Notes: a model not told the origin generated them from the letters alone. Counted from the stretch's first letter, positions 9,479 through 16,572 are shown. The stretch: 24,000 nt of DNA from an uncultured Desulfobacter sp. (GCA_963677125.1 OY781882.1:5490518-5514517); one strand, 5' to 3'. Program-made: numbers and translations.

Positions 9479-10077
9479 ACGCCGACCCTCAATACAATGC
9501 ATGATAGATCATCAGATCCTTTCCCAAGATTGGTGATGAAATTGTTGCAGATATCCTCGGCACGGCCCGTGGTGATGCCTGGGTAGGCATTGGGATCAAA
9601 GTGTTCTTTGATCCCGTCAGAGGTCATAACCAGAATATCTCCGGGCATCATCCGGGTTTCGGACTGGGCAGGGGAGGGCATCATATAGCCCACAATGCCG
9701 TCTTTTGTGACAAGGGTTACCTGGCTTGTTCCGAATAATCGCAGATGAATATTCCCCATTCCTGAATATTGAAGCATCCCCGTGTCTATATCGAGTCTGC
9801 AGGCGGCCGCCACGGCACCCCGGGTTCCCTTTAAACACTGATGCAGACCGTTGATAATTTCGGTCAACGGCTTTGAATAATTTTGGGCCAGGTACTCTTT
9901 TGAAAGCCGTGCCACTTGCGCCGCATGTTTTCCATGTCCGAGCACATCCACCAGGGCAAGGAAACAAAAATTGTCGTACGCTTTGACAAAGCCGATATCC
10001 CCACACTCGTCCGGCTCTCCGGTCAACGCTTTTTTTTCTATGTGAAAATCAATGATCTGCCCGTTTAGTCTCATCAA
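9475..10077 (-). CDS. rsbX: RsbX-like PP2C/SpoIIE-family serine phosphatase (stressosome feedback phosphatase type)
   Basis: At 200 aa it is the same size as B. subtilis RsbX. It is collinear with RsbX from memory: ECGDIGFVK...[14 protein letters not shown] versus CGDSFFMK...CAVADGLGSGSLA; [11 protein letters not shown]...[13 protein letters not shown] versus RGATASILKIN...TYCSVGNVRFIL; and a C-terminal DDLSCIVLR. It directly abuts the rsbT-like stop at 10078. Confidence 0.8.
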   Translation of the reverse strand: MMRLNGQIIDFHIEKKALTGEPDECGDIGFVKAYDNFCFLALVDVLGHGKHAAQVARLSKEYLAQNYSKPLTEIINGLHQCLKGTRGAVAAACRLDIDTGMLQYSGMGNIHLRLFGTSQVTLVTKDGIVGYMMPSPAQSETRMMPGDILVMTSDGIKEHFDPNAYPGITTGRAEDICNNFITNLGKGSDDLSCIVLRVGV

Positions 10078-10500
10078 TTAATCCATCCATTTGATTGCTG
10101 TTATCTGAGTGCCCACACCGGGTGTCGATCGAATCTGAAAATCATCCATAATCCGCTTTACACTGGGCAGGCCGAGTCCAAGTCCGTTTCCGGAACTGTA
10201 GTTTTCTTTCATGGCCATTTTCATATTGTTTATGCCTGGACCCTGATCCTGGGCATTGACCTTAAACCCTATCTTGTCACCACGGTGAATGATGCTTAAG
10301 GTAATTTTTCCCTTTCGCGCATACCGGATAATATTGGTGGATAATTCTGAAACCGCTGAAGCAATCAAATACTGTGCTGTTTCTCCAAAATGCATTTCAG
10401 CTAAAATTTTTCTGGCACTGTACACGACCTGGGCGTTGTCCGAGGGCTCATATAAATCAAAGGTCACCCGTTCATCTATAAAATTCATGGTATTTATCAT
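10078..10500 (-). CDS. rsbT: RsbT-like serine protein kinase (GHKL/anti-sigma-regulatory-factor family)
   Basis: N-box SELSTNIIRYA, G1 DQGPGI, G2 GNGLGLGLPSVKRIMDDF, and a C-terminal GTQITAIKWMD that is nearly identical in pattern to B. subtilis RsbT (GTEIQAIKWLR). The ORF track start at 10554 would overlap rsbS by 28 nt. I prefer ATG 10500 (MINTMNFIDE), which has GGAAAGGG upstream. ATG 10488 is also possible. Confidence 0.85.
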   Translation of the reverse strand: MINTMNFIDERVTFDLYEPSDNAQVVYSARKILAEMHFGETAQYLIASAVSELSTNIIRYARKGKITLSIIHRGDKIGFKVNAQDQGPGINNMKMAMKENYSSGNGLGLGLPSVKRIMDDFQIRSTPGVGTQITAIKWMD

Positions 10501-10526
10501 CAAGTTCAGGCCCTTTCCGGCAATAT

Positions 10527-10904
10527 TTAATCCAACGCAAAGGTGGTTAACCACTTAAAGGCATCATCAATGTTTCTTGCGGTTATAATATCATCAAAGC
10601 CGGTATCCAGATCCACTAACGACGCGGCAACGCCTGGTCGAAACCCTGAAAAAACCGGGGTCGTACCCATCATGGCAATGGCCCTGGCTGCATTTTTCAA
10701 GAGAGCAAATTCGTTTGAATTCAGAATTGTCACGTCAGATAGGTCGATGATGACACCTTTTGCCCGTTTTCTTGTCAGCTGTTTTAGGAGCGCTTCCCTT
10801 ATCCTTAAAATGCTGTTTTCATCCGAGTAACGGGTTAAAGATGCAATCAGGCAATTGTTGACCTGATGAATTGTTGAACCGGATGCGTTCGATGCTTCAT
10901 TCAT
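10527..10904 (-). CDS. rsbS: RsbS-like single-domain STAS protein (stressosome scaffold)
   Basis: 125 aa. VNNCLIASL matches the RsbS N-terminal LYNCLLVSI. GVIIDLSDVTILNSNEFALL aligns to [20 protein letters not shown], so the phosphorylatable Ser (Ser63 here, Ser59 in B. subtilis) is retained. The start forms an ATGA overlap with the stop of the upstream rsbR-like gene. Confidence 0.85.
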   Translation of the reverse strand: MNEASNASGSTIHQVNNCLIASLTRYSDENSILRIREALLKQLTRKRAKGVIIDLSDVTILNSNEFALLKNAARAIAMMGTTPVFSGFRPGVAASLVDLDTGFDDIITARNIDDAFKWLTTFALD

Positions 10905-11713
10905 TCATTTGCACCCTTTTGTTTTACCTTTAACCCCATCAGCCTGAACGCATCTGAAAGTGCATCCTGAAGCGTTGAATTGGTGGCGATATCCCCAAGC
11001 TCGATACCTAACTGGACAAGGGTTTCGGCAACCGCCGGGGAAATGCCGGAGATAATGCAGCGGCATCCCATCAATTTCGTGGCTTTGGCGATTTTAATCA
11101 AATGATTGGCCACAGCCGTATCCACGGCCGCCACCCCCTGGATGTCCAGGATGATCACCTTTGCCGCGGTTTCCATGATTTTGGAGAGCATGGTATTCAT
11201 CATTTGCTGGGCCCGCAGGGAGTCCACCACCCCCACCACCGGAAGAATCACGACCCTGTCCCAAAGTTTGATGGCCGGTGTTGATATCTCCATGATGGTC
11301 CGGCTCTGCTCTTTGAGTTTTTTTTCCTGCCTGACCCGCTCTGTGATATCAAGAATATATTCCAGACCGCCCACAATGTTTCCGTCCTCATCTTTCATGG
11401 CAGCCGCGGTGTATTCAATGGGGATAAATCTGTCGTTCACTTTCATTTCATTGCGGGTGGTAAAGGACTGTCCCCCTTCCATGACCTGTTTCATCCGGCA
11501 CTCTTCAGTTCCGCAATGACGCGATTGAAAGACATCACGGCATGGCATCATTTTGATCTCTTGCCAGGATTTTCCAAGCATGTTAAGTCCGGCCCTGTTT
11601 ACGAAAATGACCCTCATCTCACGGTTAACCGCCATAATCGGGGTAGGGAGCTGCTGGAGGATGTCGACTGCCAACTCTCCATCAATTTGATCGATGTCCG
11701 GATTATTCATCAC
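10901..11713 (-). CDS. rsbR: RsbR-like stressosome sensor: N-terminal PAS domain + C-terminal STAS domain
   Basis: 270 aa. The PAS domain spans aa ~15-125, ending in EYILDITERV. The STAS region is EISTPAIKLWDRVVILPVVGVVDSLRAQQMM...ILDIQGVAAVDTAVANHL...ISGISPAVAETLVQLGIEL, collinear with the RsbRA C-terminus. Ser165 and Thr199 sit at the positions of the RsbRA phospho-sites T171 and T205. A GAAGGAGA SD precedes ATG 11713. Confidence 0.85.
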   Translation of the reverse strand: MMNNPDIDQIDGELAVDILQQLPTPIMAVNREMRVIFVNRAGLNMLGKSWQEIKMMPCRDVFQSRHCGTEECRMKQVMEGGQSFTTRNEMKVNDRFIPIEYTAAAMKDEDGNIVGGLEYILDITERVRQEKKLKEQSRTIMEISTPAIKLWDRVVILPVVGVVDSLRAQQMMNTMLSKIMETAAKVIILDIQGVAAVDTAVANHLIKIAKATKLMGCRCIISGISPAVAETLVQLGIELGDIATNSTLQDALSDAFRLMGLKVKQKGANE

Positions 11714-12216
11714 AGATATCTCCTTCGGTTGTTGTTTGATGTTGTGATATGATCAATTACCTGACGATATATTTTTCTTTTTGCTTCATTTTTTCGGTGG
11801 TTCTGTATATGCCAAAAGGGACGTCGGCGAAAAAGAAAAAAGAAAAAGAGGGACGAAAAAGAGCCCCCATTGACATCGCTTTAACAGGCATTTATGCCCT
11901 TTTCGCTTAAACATGATGTTTGCCATAATGAATAAAAAGAATATGTTATAGAGTCAATCGATTTTTTAAAGCAAATAATGCATTCATAACATTTGGCTTT
12001 AAATCTTGCAATGTTAAAAATGAATGGTTCATCTTGGTAAGATCGCTTTTTTTTCGACCGAAAAACATGGGATGGGCTGCCGGGCGGCAAAAATTAATAT
12101 TATGTAACAGCCTGTTGAGAAAAAAATTAAAATGACTTAAACTGATCTGCAGGTAATAAATCGTACGAAAATTTATCCGGATTAATGATTCTAATGCCAT
12201 TGTTCAAGGTGTCAAA

Positions 12217-12951
12217 ATGACCAAAGATTTTAATCATTCAATTCTGATCGTTGATGATGAGGAAAAAATCGGAAAAGCACTTGAACGTCTGATCAAAAAG
12301 ACCGGTGCCCGTTCTTTTTACGCATCTTCGGGCTCCCAGGCTCTGGATTTCATCCAAACATCAGAAGAACCGCTCTCCATGATACTTTCGGACCAGAGGA
12401 TGCCGGGGATGGAAGGTACCCAGTTTTTGGAAAAGGCCAGGGCCATTACCCCGGATACCATTCGATTTCTGATTACCGGCTATGCAGATATCGATTCGGT
12501 TTCAGATGCGGTAAATCGCGGCGCGGTTCATCGGTTTATTACAAAGCCCTGGGACAATGATGATTTATTGGAGATGATTAAATCTGGGTTGCAATATTAC
12601 GAATTGGTTGTTGAGAACCGGAATTTATTTGCGCTGGCTAAAAAACAAAATATTCGCCTTTATAATTTGAGCCAGGAGCTCAAACAAAAGGCGGCAGTGC
12701 ATAAACGGGTGATTGTACGAAAAGAGAAGCAGATCGTTCAGCTGAAAAAACGATTGGCGAAAGGCATTGATGAGGCAGATTTTTTTGAGCAGATAGAAAA
12801 ATTGCTTGACGAAAATCAGATGCTTGAAAAAGATAGAATTGTGTTATGCTACTGGGCTGTAATCAAAGATTTTTTCCTGAGATTTAAAGATCTTGCTGCG
12901 CGTGACGGGTTTCTTATGCCCACAGAAACCGAACCGGACCACAAAGTGTAA
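12217..12951 (+). CDS. Response regulator: canonical REC domain + C-terminal coiled coil, no recognisable output domain
   Basis: 244 aa. REC motifs are ILIVDDEE, MILSDQRMPGMEG (Asp59), LITGY and FITKPWD, followed by about 110 aa of heptad-like K/E/L-rich sequence. An AAGGTG SD lies 6 nt upstream of the ATG. Confidence 0.9.
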   Translation: MTKDFNHSILIVDDEEKIGKALERLIKKTGARSFYASSGSQALDFIQTSEEPLSMILSDQRMPGMEGTQFLEKARAITPDTIRFLITGYADIDSVSDAVNRGAVHRFITKPWDNDDLLEMIKSGLQYYELVVENRNLFALAKKQNIRLYNLSQELKQKAAVHKRVIVRKEKQIVQLKKRLAKGIDEADFFEQIEKLLDENQMLEKDRIVLCYWAVIKDFFLRFKDLAARDGFLMPTETEPDHKV

Positions 12952-12995
12952 TTTGATTTTGCAGTTAAGGCATTTGAGAAAGACGGGTATTTTTT

Positions 12996-15494
12996 TTGCG
13001 TTCCAGAAGCAAAGGGGCCTTTATCATCGAAACTAAACAACAGGAAAACAAAATCCTGATAATCGACCCGCAGGGTATAATTGAAAAGAAAACCGGGCTG
13101 TTATCGGAAAAAGGATTTGAGGTGGAGTGTTTTAACTCTCCCGCCGACGGCCTGGCACGTTTGGCCCAGGAGTCAGCATTCCCATATTTTCTGATTATTG
13201 AGGGATGTGTTGAAATAGAAAATGGACAAAAAACGATCCTTGCAAGGGCCAAAGAAATATCACCGGACACCCAGCGACTCTTGGTCGGAGCGCCTTTCGC
13301 ACTGCCCTCTTTTGTTAATGCGATAAATTTTGCCGGGATTCATGCGTGTCTGCCTTTGCCCTTTACGGACGAAGACCTGCTTGTTCAGGTCAGACTGCGG
13401 CATGATGAATATCTGGCCGGCAGAAAAATAAAAAGCCTCCAGAAGACGATTCAACGCCAGAATAAGCAGTTGTTTCAGATCGCTGGAAATTTGAGAAAGA
13501 AAGAGACGCTGTATGCGGAGCAGATTCAACAAAAAGAAAAGGAAATCAGAGTTCTGGAATCCAGGCTCAAAAGCCTTTTCGGGGACAATGAATTAGAATC
13601 CGGGCCAAAGCTTAAAACCCTGTTGGAAAAAGAAAATATTAGTTTAAATGCATTGGCCTTCCGGCAGGCATTTGATGATTTAAAAAAACGCGTTAGAGAC
13701 ATCTTTTTAACCATTATTTCAAAAAGCGAACAGTCTGAGGCGTTGATGCTTTCAGAAAAAGAGTTTATTCATGCCCTGGCACAACATTCTGATCAATTGG
13801 ATGAAACCATTGATACCACGGAATACGAATCCCTTGCCGGTTTGCTGACCCCGGTGCTTTTGAATTTAATGATTTGGCGGGTTAATCGTGACCCGGAAGG
13901 TATTTCGGACGAAAAACAGCAAGATGTCCTAAAATATTTCAGCATCGATTTTTTAGATAACAGGACCCAGGCTTATATTCGGCTTAACAAAGATGCTCCG
14001 GAAGGGATGACGGTTTACATGATAGAACAGCTTCTTCATAAAAACGGGATTATTTTTGGACTCATCGAAGAATCGTCCATCGAAGAATGGCTTTATGGAG
14101 ATGCCAGAACGGGAGAAAAGCTGCTTATTGCTGAGGGAAAGCAGCCTGTTTCGCCAACCCAGGGAGAAGTTCACTATTATTTCCCAAGCAATTTCAGGCG
14201 TGCAGGCAGAATAAATCCGGATGGAAGCATAGATTACAGAGACAGGGGCGAAGTGCCCCATGTGGAAGCGGGTATTATGCTGGCCTCAAAGATATTCCCT
14301 AAGCCCGGGGAACCCGGTATAGATGTTAAAGGCATGGAAATACCGGTGCCGGAGCCTGTGGATCAGGCTTTTTCCGCAGGGCCGGGTACCCGGTATAATG
14401 AAGACAAGACTGAAATTTTTTCAACCATAGGAGGTCAACCCCACTTGGATGTTATGGGGGTTGTCTCTGTTAACAAAGAATTCAGGATAAAAGGTGATGT
14501 CGGATTTGAAACCGGCAATATTGATTTCAATGGTAATGTCATTGTGCCGGGTACGGTCAAAGAAGGTTTTAAGGTTAAGTGCGTTTCACTCACAGCCAGG
14601 GAAATTTGCGGCGCACAGGTCGATGTGTCAGGAGATTTGAACGTATCAATGGGCATTGTGGATACAGATCTTATCAATGTTAAAGGCAATATCCAGGCCA
14701 AATACATTCACAATTGTACCATAAATTCCTTTGGGGATTTGACGGTGCACAAAGAGATCGTTGATTCCACCATTTATTTGAGCGGGGCCTGCGATAATGA
14801 AAGGGGCGTCATTCTTAATTCGACCCTGTCGGCAAAGGGCGGGATTAAAGCCGGTGCTGTAGGTAATGAATCTGCCGCACCATCGATTCTGACTGTTGGG
14901 GTTGATGAGCATGTAATCCGATTGGAGGATAAAATAAAATCCAGACTTACAATGAACAGGGATACGATTCATGAGCTTTCATCGGAGATCAGTCAGATGA
15001 AAGAGGTGGACAAGTGGCTTCACGGCACCATAACCGAGAATGCCCACGTTCAGGATCGGTCACTAATAGAGATTCGGGAACTTGAGAACAAAAGGGCCGC
15101 TTTGGACGGAACAAAAGATGCCGCTGAATTAAAAAGTATTTCCGATGGGATTCAAAAATTGGAAAAAAAAGCGAAATATGCAGGGGAAAAAATTAATGAA
15201 TGGTTTGAACGTCAGGACCAGATACATCATGATATTTCAGCAAAAGAGCTTAAAATCGAGGGGTTGGAAAATTTAAACAGGCTGCTTGTTGAACAATTAG
15301 AAAATCTAGAACAGATTTCAAATAAGTCCGCGTCTGTACCTGTGCTGAATATATCAAAGCACATTCAGTCCAAAACAAAAATTAAGGCCCCCCATTCGTT
15401 TAAAATCGTGGACAGGTCCTGCGCTCGATGTGACATAAGGGAAAGGAGTAAGAATGAAGGCGGCATTGTCTATTATATAATGGATATCACTTAA
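12996..15494 (+). CDS. FapA/DUF342-family protein with N-terminal degenerate (pseudo-)receiver domain and coiled coils
   Basis: 832-aa ORF. The central region carries the DUF342/FapA signature: FSIDFLDNRTQAYIRLNKD..., PGEPGIDVKGMEIPV, and repetitive GDVGFETGNIDFNGNVIVPGTVKEGFKV...VSGDLNV...VKGNIQA segments, with a long C-terminal coiled coil. The N-terminal ~125 aa align to the upstream REC domain but lack the catalytic residues. No in-frame ATG is available. The only plausible start is TTG 12996-12998, because the frame opens after TGA 12975-12977. Confidence 0.8.
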   Translation: MRSRSKGAFIIETKQQENKILIIDPQGIIEKKTGLLSEKGFEVECFNSPADGLARLAQESAFPYFLIIEGCVEIENGQKTILARAKEISPDTQRLLVGAPFALPSFVNAINFAGIHACLPLPFTDEDLLVQVRLRHDEYLAGRKIKSLQKTIQRQNKQLFQIAGNLRKKETLYAEQIQQKEKEIRVLESRLKSLFGDNELESGPKLKTLLEKENISLNALAFRQAFDDLKKRVRDIFLTIISKSEQSEALMLSEKEFIHALAQHSDQLDETIDTTEYESLAGLLTPVLLNLMIWRVNRDPEGISDEKQQDVLKYFSIDFLDNRTQAYIRLNKDAPEGMTVYMIEQLLHKNGIIFGLIEESSIEEWLYGDARTGEKLLIAEGKQPVSPTQGEVHYYFPSNFRRAGRINPDGSIDYRDRGEVPHVEAGIMLASKIFPKPGEPGIDVKGMEIPVPEPVDQAFSAGPGTRYNEDKTEIFSTIGGQPHLDVMGVVSVNKEFRIKGDVGFETGNIDFNGNVIVPGTVKEGFKVKCVSLTAREICGAQVDVSGDLNVSMGIVDTDLINVKGNIQAKYIHNCTINSFGDLTVHKEIVDSTIYLSGACDNERGVILNSTLSAKGGIKAGAVGNESAAPSILTVGVDEHVIRLEDKIKSRLTMNRDTIHELSSEISQMKEVDKWLHGTITENAHVQDRSLIEIRELENKRAALDGTKDAAELKSISDGIQKLEKKAKYAGEKINEWFERQDQIHHDISAKELKIEGLENLNRLLVEQLENLEQISNKSASVPVLNISKHIQSKTKIKAPHSFKIVDRSCARCDIRERSKNEGGIVYYIMDIT

Positions 15495-15541
15495 ATTCAT
15501 TTCCCAAACTTTTGCGATACCCTATCTGCTATTGTTGTATT

Positions 15542-15686
15542 TAGTGTCTGAACGAAAACCTGGAAATTTTGTTGAGTACAAGGCGGCCTGAAATTAAAAC
15601 CTTCGGAATACATGGCGTATTTCGAGGATTAAAATTTCAGGCCAACGCCGTAATCGGCAAAATTTACGGTTTTCGGTCGGGCACTA
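15542..15686 (+). repeat. Long imperfect palindrome / extended hairpin (about 60 bp stem, 5-nt loop) in a convergent intergenic region; candidate structured RNA or REP/ERIC-like element
   Basis: Hand-paired. The left arm 15542-15611 pairs with the right arm 15617-15686 around loop ATGGC (15612-15616). The stem includes a perfect 11-bp core, GGCCTGAAATT (15585-15595) with AATTTCAGGCC (15633-15643). Six G-U pairs are possible only in the plus-strand transcript, against one A-C position. See the finding for details. Confidence 0.6.
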
Positions 15687-15738
15687 TTTAAGCGGGACAG
15701 GTTTACTTAACTTATAAGGGAGGAGAGACACTTCATGG

Positions 15739-16572
15739 TCAGGGACTGTCTTGATTTGATTCAAGTCCCTCCGGCAATGGAGTTACGGTCCGAATTGCAA
15801 AATGTCGGTCTTGAATTGTTGTTTTAAGTGCTCTAATACGGGCTTTACACTCGGGATGAGAGGCAAAATACGCCATGAGTCTTCCCGGATCATGGGCCGC
15901 CCCCAAGGCTTGGAAAAATTCGATGGCACCGCCGGCATGGCCATAGTAACAGACCAGGGTTTCCAGGGCCTGGGCGTCGGCCATGGCTTCCCGCTGCCTG
16001 GAATATCGGGCCTGGGTTAAATGGACACCCGGTGCCGTCAGTTGGGTGATGCTTGAACCGGACCCTGTCAAAAGTGCTGAAAGTGCTGTAAGTACAATGC
16101 CGCGGCCCATACCCCGAAGATGATCCCGATGTTTGAAATGTCCCAGTTCATGGGCCAGAACAAAGGCAATCCCGTTTTCCGAACGGATCATGTCAAAAAT
16201 GCCTGAAAACACCACAATGGTTCCTCCGGCAAGCGCCAGGGCATTGGCTGTGTCCGAGGGAATAACGATAATTTTCACAGGATAATCAACATCGCAGCAT
16301 TGTCGTAATTCATCCGTAAGATGCTGAAGCGAGGCCTGACCGCGTTGATCTTCCGGGGGGCCGAGGTTTAAAGGGATCTGGAACCGGGAAAAGATAGCAG
16401 CTTCCATTTCAGGCGAAATGCGGGCGACGGCCCAGTCCACCAGAAATCCGAGTATGAAATAGGCAAAAAGAAAAAAGGCAATTATGCCGGACAACAGCAC
16501 CAACGCCTCTTTGACCGGGCTGTCTTGGGAAATATTGTCGTTGCTTTGGGGCCGTAACGGCTTATAATCCAT
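15739..16572 (-). CDS. M48-family zinc metallopeptidase (HtpX/Ste24-like), membrane anchored
   Basis: 277 aa. N-terminal TM segment ALVLLSGIIAFFLFAYFILGFLV. HExxH motif in AHELGHFKHRDH. The downstream REAMADAQALE matches the M48 third-ligand/ExxAD region. The start overlaps the stop of the upstream gene (TGATG). Confidence 0.85.
   Translation of the reverse strand: MDYKPLRPQSNDNISQDSPVKEALVLLSGIIAFFLFAYFILGFLVDWAVARISPEMEAAIFSRFQIPLNLGPPEDQRGQASLQHLTDELRQCCDVDYPVKIIVIPSDTANALALAGGTIVVFSGIFDMIRSENGIAFVLAHELGHFKHRDHLRGMGRGIVLTALSALLTGSGSSITQLTAPGVHLTQARYSRQREAMADAQALETLVCYYGHAGGAIEFFQALGAAHDPGRLMAYFASHPECKARIRALKTTIQDRHFAIRTVTPLPEGLESNQDSP

Noticed and set aside
9479-9502. The N-terminal extension MHCIEGRR of the kinase ORF (start at 9502 in the ORF track).
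   Set aside because: It would overlap the upstream phosphatase gene by 28 nt. The ATG at 9478 gives the classic ATGA stop/start overlap seen elsewhere in this operon.
10501-10554. The N-terminal extension MVNHLCVGLNIAGKGLNL of the RsbT-like ORF.
   Set aside because: It overlaps the rsbS-like 3' end and has no counterpart in RsbT. The internal ATG 10500 has a purine-rich SD-like patch and gives an RsbT-sized protein of about 140 aa.
11993-12010. A sigma54-like TTGGCTTTAAATCTTGCA upstream of the REC/FapA operon.
   Set aside because: The GG (11995-11996) and GC (12008-12009) are spaced one nucleotide too far apart for a -24/-12 promoter.
12157-12185. A sigma28 (FliA)-like promoter, TAAA-N15-TCCGGATTAA, about 30 nt upstream of the REC gene. 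This is attractive because FapA proteins are flagellum-linked.
   Set aside because: The -10 region matches GCCGATAA at only about 3 of 8 positions without introducing a gap. That is too weak to call.
11881-12200. Minus-strand ORFs 11881..12090 (69 aa) and 11946..12200 (84 aa) in the divergent intergenic region.
   Set aside because: The region is AT-rich. The translations are compositionally odd, lack SD sequences, overlap each other, and have no motifs. They are most likely non-coding promoter DNA.
15542-15686. Interpreting the long hairpin as 6S RNA or as a bidirectional intrinsic terminator.
   Set aside because: It has no large central bubble typical of 6S RNA. There is no U-tract after the stem on either strand, and at about 60 bp the stem is far longer than intrinsic terminators.
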